Notes: generated by a model from the sequence alone, not told the origin. DNA of 59,847 nt from Gemmatimonadota bacterium (GCA_037387345.1 JARRLD010000022.1:1-59847), one strand, 5' to 3'. Positions 18,365 through 27,835 are shown, counted from the first letter of the stretch. Numbers and translations: made by a program.

Positions 18365-19201
18365 TCAGCGCCCTGCCAGGAACGCCCGTGCCGCGCTCTG
18401 CATCTGGGTCAGAGACGGCTGGTGCCCCTGGTACTCGGGCAGCGGCCTCGCCACCTGGGCGTCGAACACGTCCAGCAGGTGCTGGTAGTGCGCGGCGGCC
18501 TGTTCCTCGTCACCGAGACGAAGAGCCGCCTGGGCCGCCATCCCCAGGCCGAGCACGTGATCGGTCTCCACCTCCAGGATCCGATCGGCCGTGACCAGGG
18601 CTGCCGAGGGATCCACGAGAATCTGCAGCATGGCCAGGTGGAAGAGCCCATCGAGGTCGAGCGGCTCCAGCATCTCGTAGGCCTGGATCGCCATCGGCTG
18701 GAACCCGATGGCCCCTGCCGTGTCCCCTGCCTCCAGCGTGCTCATCACCCTGTTGAACAGCCGGTTCGCGGCTTCCTGGGGACTCATGGAGGAGAGGTCC
18801 ACGGGCGCCTGGCCTCCGGGGGGCACTGTGGCCCCGGTAGGCGCGCCCCCCGGGGTCGGTGGAGGTCCCGCTCGCACCATGGACCACCCGACCACCAGGA
18901 TGAGTCCGAACATGGCGACCCCGGCGATCCACCAGGGGGTGTTGGCGCCGCCGAACGCCGCGGACGCAGCCGCACGGTGGCCAACCCCGGCATCCGGCGC
19001 CCCCGCCTTGCGGCTCGCTTTGGCGCCGCACTGGTTGCAGAACCTGGCCCCGCCGGAGAGCTTGGCGCCGCACTGGTTGCAGAAGCGCCCACCCAGCTTC
19101 GCCCCGCAGCTCTGACAGAAGTTGCCGCCGGCCGGCTTGCCACATTCCGGACAGGGCATCTTCCGCCCCGCGGTACTCCCCCCCTTGCCCAGGCCGCTCA
19201 T
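18365..19201 (-). CDS. double zinc-ribbon, single-TM protein with a helical-repeat (TPR-like) C-terminal domain
   Basis: ATG at 19201 overlaps the M14 stop (ATGA). Four CxxC pairs (CPEC, CQSC, CNQC, CNQC), then TM WWIAGVAMFGLILVVGW, a Pro/Gly linker and a helical domain. The remaining 5-prime part of the 492-aa track ORF overlaps the M14 gene and is rejected. Confidence 0.65.
   Translation of the reverse strand: MSGLGKGGSTAGRKMPCPECGKPAGGNFCQSCGAKLGGRFCNQCGAKLSGGARFCNQCGAKASRKAGAPDAGVGHRAAASAAFGGANTPWWIAGVAMFGLILVVGWSMVRAGPPPTPGGAPTGATVPPGGQAPVDLSSMSPQEAANRLFNRVMSTLEAGDTAGAIGFQPMAIQAYEMLEPLDLDGLFHLAMLQILVDPSAALVTADRILEVETDHVLGLGMAAQAALRLGDEEQAAAHYQHLLDVFDAQVARPLPEYQGHQPSLTQMQSAARAFLAGR
19020..19084 (-). 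repeat. 42-nt-period intragenic repeat encoding the FCNQCGAK zinc-ribbon knuckles
   Basis: The identical 23-mer ttggcgccgcactggttgcagaa occurs at 19020-19042 and 19062-19084. Confidence 0.85.
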
Positions 19202-21492
19202 CGAGCCAGGGCGTTGAAGAGGAGCGGCCAGGTCGCCGTGGTCTGTGCCCGGTAGTTGGGTTGGAAGCCGAAGAGGACCACGGAACCCGTCCCGACATCC
19301 GCCTCCACCACGGCAGGCCTTCCGGCCACGTGCTGTCCACCGAGCACCCACCCGGACAACAGGGGATCGCCGTCTCCATAGCGAGCGGCTACCCGCAGGT
19401 CGGGTCCCACCTCGAACGCCATGCTGCTTCTCCAATACCAGGCGATGCTCTCCGGGTCGAGGCCCCGGGTGAGATCCGACTCCGGGTCCAGCTCCAGCCG
19501 CAGGATGGAGCCGGGAATATAGAACTCCGTGCTGGGAAGGTCGGCGGTGACGTTGGTGACATCGAGGGCGAAGACCTCCGCCACGAACTCGGCCGACTCT
19601 TCTACCGCCACCAGACGTCCCCCTCCCTCCACGAAGCGCCGCAGCGCGGCGACGCCCTCTTCCCCGATGCCCCCCGCGAACTCCGGAGGGACACGGTCCT
19701 CGGAATAGCCGTCGACGATGGATCGGCGGCTCTGGGACTGCAGGAGAAGGACGTCGTATTCGCCCAGGCCGCCCGACCGCACCTCGGCGCTGCCGATGGT
19801 GTCGTAGCGCAGCCCGTGCTGGTCGAAGACCCACCTCGTCCACCCCGCCTCCATGGACTCCTGCGGTGTCTTGAGCACGGCCACGCGGGGGGCGGAGGAT
19901 CCGGTCAGGTCCGGCGGCAGTCGGAAGTCGAAGTCAGGGATCCCCATGGGCTCCGACAACTGCGCCGTGACCTCCTCGTCGACCGCCACCGCCTCCACAT
20001 CCATGAGATACGGCAGGGTATGCGCCGTCACGTCGTAGGGACGCAGGGGCGGACCACCCGGGTACTCGCGGAGGTCCGGATAGTGCTGCACCTCGAGCAT
20101 GGTCTGGGCGAAGGAGGCGTAGGGCTGGCGCATGGGGATCACCCAGCTGCCCGCGGGAAACGAGATGCCGTCGGCCGAGAAGGCCTGCAGGGCCCGATGG
20201 ACCTCCACGTCGGCCATGGTGAGGATCCTCAGCACGTAGCTCACGCCGGTCTCGTTGTCCTGGCCCGCCGGAATCACCCAGGCGCCGGGCCAGGAGTCCC
20301 AACCCTCCACCGCCCGGCGGTTGATGCCGTAGAAGTTCTCGAGCCAGTATCGGCGGTTCTTCGCCGCGTTTCCCAACAGCGCCAGGGCGCCGGCCTCCAT
20401 GTAGTCCACGATATCGGGAAGACCCCACTCGCCCCCTTCCCAGGGGGCGGGGAAGTTCCACGAGCTCTGGCCCGAGTTGTATCCCCGGCGCGGGCCCTGC
20501 AGCTGCTGAGGCGCGACCTCCACCGGCGTGGCGATGCGGGCCGAGGCCGTCTCACTGAGAATCCGCGCGCCGCCGTGGTAGTGCTGATAGGCCCGAGCCG
20601 GCGTGAACGCGTCGTACTGGGCGCCCACCACCGCGCCCTTCTTGCCCTGGGCCGTGAGCTCGGCGGCCATGTACGTACCGAGCTGATTGACGGCCGTGGT
20701 GAGGGCGGGATCGATGTTCGGCTCCCAGGGGTCGATGTAGGGTGGGAAGAAGATGCGCGCCCCGTTGCCCCCCATCTGGTGGATGTCGTGTACGATCTGA
20801 GGGTGCCAAGCGTTGTGGGCGCCCATGACCGTGTGGACGGTCTCGGCCTGGGTGAACGCGTACCAATCCCGGTTGTTGTCGTGACCGACGTAGAACTGGT
20901 ACAGCCATGGAAGGGGTGCGCCCTCGTACTGCGTGCCCACCCACCGGTTGTACCACTCTACCACCCACTGGAGTCCATCCGGGTTCAGGGACGGAATCTG
21001 GAGGAAGATGACCTCTTCGAGGATCCGGCGTATCTCGTCATCGTCCGAAGAGGCCATGCGCCAGGCCAGCCGGGCAGCGGTCTGGCTCCCGCCCACCTCC
21101 GTCGCGTGAATGCCGTGGGTGATGAGCACCACGGTCCTTCCCTGGTCCAGGAGCCGCTCGAGCTCTGCCTCTCCGGAGATCGACCGGGGGTCGGCCAGCT
21201 TCATCTGGATCTCGTGCAGCTCCTCCAGGCGGGCGTGGTTCTCGGGACTGGTGATGGTGAGCATCACGAAAGGACGCCCCCTGGTGGTCGCACCCAGGGT
21301 GTCGACGTCGATGCGGGGGCTCGTCCGGGCCAGGGCTTCGTAGTACGAGGTCAGTTGCCCCCAGTCCGCGAGCTTCCGATCCTCGCCCATGTCGAATCCG
21401 AAGAACTGCCGCGGCGTGGGCACGCCCTGGGCCGCCGCCGACGCCGATGCCAGGAGCACGGCCGCGAAGGCCAGTCCGAAACGCCGAATCAT
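19198..21492 (-). CDS. M14 family zinc carboxypeptidase, large secreted form
   Basis: Signal peptide MIRRFGLAFAAVLLASASAAAQG, then RGRPFVMLTITSPEN...ITHGIHATEVGGSQ (the HxxE zinc motif region). 764 aa with a long C-terminal extension. Confidence 0.85.
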   Translation of the reverse strand: MIRRFGLAFAAVLLASASAAAQGVPTPRQFFGFDMGEDRKLADWGQLTSYYEALARTSPRIDVDTLGATTRGRPFVMLTITSPENHARLEELHEIQMKLADPRSISGEAELERLLDQGRTVVLITHGIHATEVGGSQTAARLAWRMASSDDDEIRRILEEVIFLQIPSLNPDGLQWVVEWYNRWVGTQYEGAPLPWLYQFYVGHDNNRDWYAFTQAETVHTVMGAHNAWHPQIVHDIHQMGGNGARIFFPPYIDPWEPNIDPALTTAVNQLGTYMAAELTAQGKKGAVVGAQYDAFTPARAYQHYHGGARILSETASARIATPVEVAPQQLQGPRRGYNSGQSSWNFPAPWEGGEWGLPDIVDYMEAGALALLGNAAKNRRYWLENFYGINRRAVEGWDSWPGAWVIPAGQDNETGVSYVLRILTMADVEVHRALQAFSADGISFPAGSWVIPMRQPYASFAQTMLEVQHYPDLREYPGGPPLRPYDVTAHTLPYLMDVEAVAVDEEVTAQLSEPMGIPDFDFRLPPDLTGSSAPRVAVLKTPQESMEAGWTRWVFDQHGLRYDTIGSAEVRSGGLGEYDVLLLQSQSRRSIVDGYSEDRVPPEFAGGIGEEGVAALRRFVEGGGRLVAVEESAEFVAEVFALDVTNVTADLPSTEFYIPGSILRLELDPESDLTRGLDPESIAWYWRSSMAFEVGPDLRVAARYGDGDPLLSGWVLGGQHVAGRPAVVEADVGTGSVVLFGFQPNYRAQTTATWPLLFNALAR

Positions 21493-21526
21493 CGGGTCTC
21501 CTCAACTCGTCGTGAATGATGTGAAG

Positions 21527-23749
21527 ATGGTATCCTCAGGTCCCCACCCCGGCAAACGGAGCCAAACCGTGCGCCTCGCACCGGTATGGATGTCGGCAAT
21601 CCTCGTTGTCTCGGCCGGGTACGCCAGCGCTCAGACGCGGGCGTCCTCCTCCGACACGTACAAGGACCCCGCTGTGCGCTCTCTGATCCTCCGCGCCCGG
21701 GAGGCCAGGGAGGCCGAGATCGAGGGGATGGAAAGCTACGAAGGTCAACTGAGGGAGCGGATCTACGTCGGCCTGACGGCCCTGCGCTTTCGCCGGGAGC
21801 GGTCGCTCTTCGAGCAGGAGCGCCTGGCGCGAATCCGGTGGAGCGCCGACGGGGAGCGCGCCATCCAGTGGATGGGTGCCAGGCGCGCCATTCCCGTGGT
21901 GGGCGCCGACACCCGGCGGGCAGAGGTCCGGGCCGAGGGCCGGGTGGGGGGTGCGGGCCAGGAGGTCCGGGCCGAGCTCCGGAACGAGCTGTCGAGGGAG
22001 CTTCTCGACGCGACGGACCTCCCGGCTTTCGCGTTCGATCCCGCCGGAGACCGGCTGACCTTCGGGGAAGACTGGGCGCTGCACCCGCTTTCGGACACCG
22101 CAGACGCGCACTATCGATTCGCCTCCGGAGACACGCTCCGCATCCGGCTGCCCCCTCCCGCCAACGACGTCGTCCTCCATGAAGTGCGGGTAGAGCCCCG
22201 CAGGGCCGACTTCCATCTGGTGGCTGGATCGCTCTGGTTCGACGCTCAGTCGGCGTCGCTGGTGCGCGCCAGCTACCGGCCGGCGCGTGCCTTCAACCTG
22301 GCGCTGGACGAGCCGCAGGACGCCGAGGACGTCCCCGGGATCCTTCAGCCCATCGAGGCGGAGATCCGGTACATCACCGTTGAATACAGTCTCCACGAGC
22401 TGCGCTTCTGGCTACCCCGCCGATTCGCCCTGGAAGGGGAGGCCCGCGTGGGGCGATGGATGCGTATCCCCCTCACCGTGGAGTGGAGCGTGCGCGACTA
22501 CCGGGTGAACGAGGCCGAGACCGAGCTGCCCGTCGCCGGCCCACTCCCGCCGGGGTGGTCGCGCCGGGAGCAGCGCCTGGAGGACGACGACGGGAAGGTG
22601 AGCTATCTGACGGTGATCGTCCCCGAGACCGAGCAGCTTCTGTCCTCGCCCGAGCTGTCCGAGGACTTCGGCGAGCGAGCGCCGGTAGCCTTCACGGACG
22701 AGGAGATCGACGAGCTGCGGGGCGAGCTGGAGGCCATGCTTCCCACCTATCAGCGCTTCCGCCCCGACTTCGCCTGGGGCCTCCAACGGGGCCTGCTCCG
22801 ATACAATCGGGTCGAAGGGCTGAGCGCTGGAGGCGCCCTCGACGTTCCGCTCTCGCCCTCCATGGCCCTGGGCCTCGAGGGCAGGATCGGAACCGGCGAC
22901 TGGGAGCCCAACATGGCATTGACCCTCCGGCGCGGGCCGGACGACCGCTACTGGACGGTCGGCGGGTACCACCGCCTCCGGAGCATGGGCGACTGGGGGG
23001 ACCCCTTCTCGCTCAAGAGCTCTCTGGACAATCTGCTCTTCGGGTCCGACGAGGGTGAGTACGTGCGGGTGACCGGGGTGGCCGTCGCGCGCCACTCGTT
23101 CGGCGCTCGGGTGCGCTGGTCGGCGGAGGCGTTCCACGAACGGCAGCGGGAAGTGTCCCTGGGGACGGATTTCCATCTGGTCACCTTCCTGGGATCGGAC
23201 TCGGTCCGCAGCGTCCTTCCGGCCGAGGCGGCAGATCTCTCGGGCGCGCGAGGCAGCCTGAACTGGTTCTCCGGCGTCGACCCCAACGGGCTGATCGTCA
23301 CCGGCCAGGTGCTCGGCGAGGCGGCGACGGGCGACGCGGAATTCCAACGGCTGGCCGTCTCGCTGTCCGCGAGCCATCCCCTGCCCTTTGGCCTCGCCGG
23401 GGCCATGGAGCTGGGAGGCGGGACCGTGTGGGGGGAAGCGCCGGTCCAGTCGATGTTCTTCCTCGGTGGAGGGCCCACCCTCAGGGGATTCCCGAGCCAC
23501 GACGTATACGGGCCGACCTTCTGGCGAGGGAGGGCGGAGGTCGCCAGCGGCTTCGCGGGCGCACGGGTCGGTCTGTTCTCCGACCTGGGGTGGGCGGGCG
23601 AGCGAGAGGACCTCACCTTCAACGATCCTTATGCCTCCGTCGGCGTGGGCGCTTCACTTCTGGACGGACTCTTACGGTTCGATGTGGCCCGGGCGATTCG
23701 CCGACAGCCTCGCTGGAAGGTCCACCTGTATCTGGACGGGCTTTTCTGA
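21527..23749 (+). CDS. Omp85/surface-antigen (D15)-superfamily outer-membrane beta-barrel protein
   Basis: The C-terminus ...YASVGVGASLLDGLLRFDVARAIRRQPRWKVHLYLDGLF ends in a terminal aromatic with alternating beta-strand patterns. The signal peptide is ...VWMSAILVVSAGYASAQ. The start is uncertain (ATG 21527 or GTG 21569). The track start 21389 overlaps the divergent M14 gene. Confidence 0.6.
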   Translation: MVSSGPHPGKRSQTVRLAPVWMSAILVVSAGYASAQTRASSSDTYKDPAVRSLILRAREAREAEIEGMESYEGQLRERIYVGLTALRFRRERSLFEQERLARIRWSADGERAIQWMGARRAIPVVGADTRRAEVRAEGRVGGAGQEVRAELRNELSRELLDATDLPAFAFDPAGDRLTFGEDWALHPLSDTADAHYRFASGDTLRIRLPPPANDVVLHEVRVEPRRADFHLVAGSLWFDAQSASLVRASYRPARAFNLALDEPQDAEDVPGILQPIEAEIRYITVEYSLHELRFWLPRRFALEGEARVGRWMRIPLTVEWSVRDYRVNEAETELPVAGPLPPGWSRREQRLEDDDGKVSYLTVIVPETEQLLSSPELSEDFGERAPVAFTDEEIDELRGELEAMLPTYQRFRPDFAWGLQRGLLRYNRVEGLSAGGALDVPLSPSMALGLEGRIGTGDWEPNMALTLRRGPDDRYWTVGGYHRLRSMGDWGDPFSLKSSLDNLLFGSDEGEYVRVTGVAVARHSFGARVRWSAEAFHERQREVSLGTDFHLVTFLGSDSVRSVLPAEAADLSGARGSLNWFSGVDPNGLIVTGQVLGEAATGDAEFQRLAVSLSASHPLPFGLAGAMELGGGTVWGEAPVQSMFFLGGGPTLRGFPSHDVYGPTFWRGRAEVASGFAGARVGLFSDLGWAGEREDLTFNDPYASVGVGASLLDGLLRFDVARAIRRQPRWKVHLYLDGLF

Positions 23750-23797
23750 GGAACGAGGGTCGCGCCCAGGAGGCCGCGACGACCCGGCGCCGTGGGC

Positions 23798-24559
23798 TCA
23801 GAGCCCCGTGGGGTGATCGATGAAGCTCCACTCCAGGTCGAAACGCTCCGCGATGTGCACCGTGAGGGCCTGGACGCCGAAGACCTCGGTCGCGTAGTGG
23901 CCGCCGAAGAGCAGGTGGATCCCCATTTCCATGGCGTCGAAGTGCGTATGGTGGGATCCTTCTCCCGTTACGAGGGCGTCGAGGCCGGCCTCCACGGCCT
24001 CCCCGACGAACGAGGCCCCGCCTCCCGTGACCACTCCGACCCGCTCGACCCGGTCCGGGCCACCCGGAATCAGGTGCACGGGCGCCCCGTCAACCGCCTC
24101 CGCCACGCTCCGGCGCAGATCCTCGGCAGACGCCCCCTCACCGAAGGTGCCCCACCATCCGATCTCCACATCCTGGTAGGCCGCGAAGCGCCCTTGCACG
24201 TCCAGGCCGAGCGCGCGAGCCAGCAAGGCGCTGTTGCCCACTTCCGCGTGGCTGTCCAGGGGCAGATGGACGCTGTACAGCCCGATCCCGTGCTCCAACA
24301 GAGGCCCCACCCGGCGCAGCAGGCGCCCCGTCAGCGGCTGCAGCCCCTCCCAGAAGAGCCCGTGGTGCACGACCATGAGGTCGGCCCCCCGGGAGGCAGC
24401 TTCAAGGATGCTCGCTTCCGAGGCGTCGACAGCCGCGACCACCTTCCGTACCTCGGGACCTCCTTCGACCTGGAGCCCGTTCAGCGCGTTGGGGAAATCG
24501 GGAAAATCCCGGACGCCCAGATACGCGTCCAGATATTGGAGGAGAGATTCTAATTGCAT
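23798..24559 (-). CDS. Nif3-like dinuclear metal centre protein (GTP cyclohydrolase 1 type 2 homologue)
   Basis: MQLESLLQYLDAYLGVRDFPDFPNALNGLQVEG...VVHHGLFW...VHLPLD...GSHHTHFDA...GHYATE. Confidence 0.88.
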   Translation of the reverse strand: MQLESLLQYLDAYLGVRDFPDFPNALNGLQVEGGPEVRKVVAAVDASEASILEAASRGADLMVVHHGLFWEGLQPLTGRLLRRVGPLLEHGIGLYSVHLPLDSHAEVGNSALLARALGLDVQGRFAAYQDVEIGWWGTFGEGASAEDLRRSVAEAVDGAPVHLIPGGPDRVERVGVVTGGGASFVGEAVEAGLDALVTGEGSHHTHFDAMEMGIHLLFGGHYATEVFGVQALTVHIAERFDLEWSFIDHPTGL

Positions 24560-24747
24560 TCCTCATTCCCTGCGGCGGATGGGGACGTGGAGAAGCTGTG
24601 GAAAACTCGTCCCGGTCGGCGGTTCGATCTTGTCCCAGGCGTGCTATGAACAACGCAAAATACAGTGCAGCAACTACTTGCGCGTGGTGGCAAGGGTCTG
24701 CGAGTCCTCCGCGCTGGGTATCCCGGGACTGAGGAAAACTCCTCCGT

Positions 24748-25179
24748 CTAGGAGGCCACGGACCCTGGAGAACCCGACTCCCGGACGGCTGCGGGGCCCT
24801 GGAACACGGGCTTCTCCTTGGTGGCCGACTGACCCATGGTGACGCTCCCGTTGAGCACGGCGCCTTCATCGAGCTGCATCCTTCGGGCCTTGACCTCCCC
24901 CTCGATGGTGGCGGAAGCCTGGACCTCCAGTCGCGACTCGGCCGTGAGGGAGCCGATGATCCGACCGGACACCACGGCGTCCTGGGTGAAGATGTCGCCC
25001 TGGACGGTTCCCTCCTTGCCAATCACCACGGCCTTGCCCGCCCGGACCGATCCCTGGATGGTGCCCTCGATCCGGACGGTGCCGTCTGTCTCGCAGTCGC
25101 CGACGACCTTCATGCCGGGTCCAACGATGGAGATCACCGCCTCCGGCGCCGTCCCTCCGTCCCCTCGATCCCTTGCCAT
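24748..25179 (-). CDS. bactofilin (polymer-forming cytoskeletal protein, DUF583)
   Basis: ATG at 25179. IVGPGMKVVGDCETDGTVRIEGTIQGSVRAGKAVVIGKEGTVQGDIFTQDAVVSGRIIGSLTAESRLEVQASATIEGEVKARRMQLDEGAVLNGSV is the right-handed beta-helix repeat pattern. The rest of the 356-aa track ORF is rejected. Confidence 0.85.
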   Translation of the reverse strand: MARDRGDGGTAPEAVISIVGPGMKVVGDCETDGTVRIEGTIQGSVRAGKAVVIGKEGTVQGDIFTQDAVVSGRIIGSLTAESRLEVQASATIEGEVKARRMQLDEGAVLNGSVTMGQSATKEKPVFQGPAAVRESGSPGSVAS

Positions 25180-25199
25180 TCTTCCTGCCTTTCCCCCGG

Positions 25200-25976
25200 T
25201 CAGGGCTGTTGGATCATGGTCAGTGGATCCACGGCCTCCCCATTCAACAGGATCTCGAAGTGCAGATGGGGGGCCGTGGACTGCCCTGTCGACCCTGACA
25301 GGGCGATGACCTCGTTCCGGCGGACGACATGGCCCAGCGTCACGAGGTGGCTCGACGCGTGTGCGTAGAGTGTGGTGTACCCGTCTCCGTGATCGATGAC
25401 CACGTACCGTCCGTACACGTCGTCCTCGCCCACGTCGACGACGGTCCCGGCACCGGCCGCACGGACATAGGAGTCGGTCGGGATCGCGATGTCCAGGCCG
25501 GGATGGTCCCCCTCCTCCTGGTCGCTGTCGAGGAGGCCCTGGGTCACGAAGCCTCGCTCGGTCAGCGGCCAGCTGGTGGGGAGAGAGCTCGCTGCGGCAT
25601 TGCGGTCCGCGGCCCTGGAGGGACTCCCGGACAGCGGTGGAATCCAGACGTCCGAGGGCGCTCCCGCGGTGCCGAACAAACCCCGAAGATGGCCGTATTG
25701 TGATTCGAGCATCTCGAGTTGTCGCTGGAGGCTGACGACCTGATCCCGCTCCGCCCGGAGCTCCCGGACCTGCGCTTCCAGCGTCGACGTCCTGGAGGCC
25801 CGGGCGGCCAGGTACCACCAGCTGCCCGCCACCAGCGTGAACGCGGCCGCCAGGACCACCGCCAGGCCACCCAGGATCCTGAGCATCCTGTACGAGACCT
25901 GGTAGGTGTGGGTTCGTTCGCCGCCGTCGGGCACCACCATGATGGTGACGCGACGCTGTTCAGACCCGGCTGTCAC
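25200..25976 (-). CDS. M23/LytM family peptidoglycan metalloendopeptidase with N-terminal TM and coiled coil
   Basis: HPGLDIA...VIDHGDGYTTLYAH...STAPHLHFE (M23 zinc ligands). The N-terminal part is LGGLAVVLAAAFTLVAGSWWYL plus LEAQVRELRAERDQVVSLQRQLEMLE. The GTG start overlaps the parB stop (GTGA). Confidence 0.88.
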   Translation of the reverse strand: MTAGSEQRRVTIMVVPDGGERTHTYQVSYRMLRILGGLAVVLAAAFTLVAGSWWYLAARASRTSTLEAQVRELRAERDQVVSLQRQLEMLESQYGHLRGLFGTAGAPSDVWIPPLSGSPSRAADRNAAASSLPTSWPLTERGFVTQGLLDSDQEEGDHPGLDIAIPTDSYVRAAGAGTVVDVGEDDVYGRYVVIDHGDGYTTLYAHASSHLVTLGHVVRRNEVIALSGSTGQSTAPHLHFEILLNGEAVDPLTMIQQP

Positions 25977-26866
25977 CCGATCACCTCTCCGACTTCGTGG
26001 CCCGTCATGAGCTCGAAGATCCGCTCGAAGTCCTCGGCACCGTGGTAGGTGATCTCGATGGAGCCCTTTCCCGTCCGGTCCTCTTTGATGCGCACCCTGG
26101 TGGCGAACAGATCTTGAAGCGCTTCTTCCAGGGCGAGGCTCACGGGGTCCCGGGGCTTCCGGACCCTGGTCCGGCGCTTGCCGTCTGCCGAGACCTGCGT
26201 CTCACCGACCCGCCGCTCCACCTCGCGGACCGACCATCCCTCCCGGGCCGCGTTGCGGGCAAGCTGCCCGGCCCGGATCTCGTCCTCCACCGACAGAAGC
26301 GCCCGGGCATGACCCATGGAGAGGGAGCCCGCCTCCAGGAGCGCCCGCACGGACGGCGGAAGCTTGAGAAGGCGCAGGGTGTTGGCCACGGCCGGCCGGC
26401 TCTTGCCGACGGCCCGGGCTACCTCGCCCTGATTCATGGAAAACCGATCCATGAGCGCCTGGTATCCCTCCGCCTCCTCCAGGGGGTTCAGCGCGGAGCG
26501 TTGCAGGTTCTCCACCAGGGCCAGGACGAGCAGCGTTTCGTCCGACGCGTCCCGGACGAGGGCGGGAACATCGGCCCATCCGAGCCTGGAAACCGCCCGA
26601 AACCTGCGCTCTCCCGCCACGATCTCGAAGCGATCGGGCGCCGCGGGTGCCGGTCGCACGACCAGAGGCTGAAGAAGGCCGTTCTCCTGGATCGAGGCCG
26701 AGAGCTCCTCGAGCTCCGAGTCGGTGAACGTGCGTCGCGGTTGGAGCGGGTTGGGAACGATGTTCGCGACCGGAACGCGCCGGATCTCCGACGCATCCAC
26801 CTCCGGCTCCATGTACTCGCCCAGGAGCGCGCCCAGGCCCTTGCCCAGCCGATCGCGGCCGCCCAT
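25973..26866 (-). CDS. parB: chromosome partitioning protein ParB/Spo0J
   Basis: LGKGLGALL...NPLQPRR...IVAGERRFRA...LVENLQR...HTH...ITYHG. ATG at 26866 overlaps the parA stop (TGATG). The track start at 26869 is TTG. Confidence 0.93.
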   Translation of the reverse strand: MGGRDRLGKGLGALLGEYMEPEVDASEIRRVPVANIVPNPLQPRRTFTDSELEELSASIQENGLLQPLVVRPAPAAPDRFEIVAGERRFRAVSRLGWADVPALVRDASDETLLVLALVENLQRSALNPLEEAEGYQALMDRFSMNQGEVARAVGKSRPAVANTLRLLKLPPSVRALLEAGSLSMGHARALLSVEDEIRAGQLARNAAREGWSVREVERRVGETQVSADGKRRTRVRKPRDPVSLALEEALQDLFATRVRIKEDRTGKGSIEITYHGAEDFERIFELMTGHEVGEVIG

Positions 26867-27663
26867 CAAACGGAGACCCCCACGGCCGTCCTGCCGGCGG
26901 GGCGTCTCCCGAGCACCTCCCGCGCCAGGGCGAGGTAGGCCTGCGCACCGTGGGAGCCCACATCGTAGATCACGATGGGTTGTCCGAAGCTGGGCGCTTC
27001 CGCGAGGCGGACGTTCCGAGGGATCGCCGTCCGGTAGACCTTGGACCCGAAGTACTCCCGGGCCTCGGCGGCCACCTGCTTCGACAGGTTCAGCCGTCGA
27101 TCGTACATCGTCAACAGAACGCCTTCGATATCCAGTCCCGGATTCAGCCCCTTCTGCACGAGCCGGATGGTGTTCAGGAGCTGGCTCAGACCCTCCAGGG
27201 CGTAGAACTCACACTGGATGGGAATCAGGACCGAGTCCGCGGCCGTCAGCGTGTTGAGCGTGAGGAGGCCCAGGGAGGGGGGGCAATCCACGAGAATGTA
27301 GTCATACCGTTCCCGGAAGCCCTCGAGCGCCCGGCGCAGGATGGTCTCCCTGCGAGGGACTTCCACCAGCTCGATCTCGGCGCCTACCAGGTCCCTTGTG
27401 GAGGGCACCAGATCCAGGTGTTCGAAGTGGAGTCTCGGCGCCACGACGTCGGACAGGGGACGACTGCGCACGAGAACGTCGTAGATGGTCGCCCGCCCCG
27501 ATCGGCTCTCCAAGCCCATTCCGCTCGTGGCATTGCCCTGGGGATCGATGTCCAGCACCAGCGTGCGCATCTCCGCAACCGCCAGGGCCGCACCAAGATT
27601 GATCGCGGTCGTGGTCTTGCCCACCCCACCTTTCTGGTTGGCGATGGCGATAACGCGAGACAT
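26866..27663 (-). CDS. parA: chromosome partitioning ATPase ParA/Soj
   Basis: ATG at 27663: MSRVIAIANQKGGVGKTTTAINLGAALA (deviant Walker A) ...ILVDCPPSLGLLTLNTL...IPRNVRLAEAPSFGQPI. The upstream 199 codons of the track ORF are antisense to the lipoprotein gene and are rejected. Confidence 0.93.
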   Translation of the reverse strand: MSRVIAIANQKGGVGKTTTAINLGAALAVAEMRTLVLDIDPQGNATSGMGLESRSGRATIYDVLVRSRPLSDVVAPRLHFEHLDLVPSTRDLVGAEIELVEVPRRETILRRALEGFRERYDYILVDCPPSLGLLTLNTLTAADSVLIPIQCEFYALEGLSQLLNTIRLVQKGLNPGLDIEGVLLTMYDRRLNLSKQVAAEAREYFGSKVYRTAIPRNVRLAEAPSFGQPIVIYDVGSHGAQAYLALAREVLGRRPAGRTAVGVSV

Positions 27664-27835
27664 TCGGCTCCGGCCAGCCTTCTTCTTCTGATGAGACCAC
27701 ACGATGGGAGCGCAAAACATACCCCGGCCCCATGACCTGGTAAATAGACGATCCTTGACGAGGGCGGGGCCTGCGGGGAAGTTCTCCCCTCGGGGGTGCG
27801 ATTCCAGGGACGACGGTAGGAGAAACGGGGGAGAT

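Noticed and set aside
16816-18594. 592-aa plus-strand ORF over the LOG and epimerase genes
   Set aside because: It is antisense to two well-supported minus-strand genes and has a Ser/Arg/Pro-rich translation.
19202-19843. 5-prime 214 codons of the 492-aa ORF containing the zinc-ribbon protein
   Set aside because: It overlaps the 3-prime end of the M14 gene out of frame, and its translation is Arg/Gly-rich. A clean ATGA junction at 19198-19201 gives a sensible start.
19261-21519. 752-aa plus-strand ORF antisense to the M14 peptidase gene
   Set aside because: Same high-GC antisense artefact. Low-complexity Arg/Gly/His/Pro-rich translation, no start context, and it fully overlaps a well-supported gene.
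24560-24747. Lower-GC intergenic island between the bactofilin and nif3 genes, considered as a tRNA/sRNA or terminator
   Set aside because: ggttcgatc (24621-24629) resembles a T-loop, but the flanks cannot form a T-stem or cloverleaf. A 5-bp hairpin (cttgc...gcaag, 24676-24693) followed on the minus strand by a short interrupted U-tract is too weak to call a terminator. The region most likely holds the nif3 promoter.
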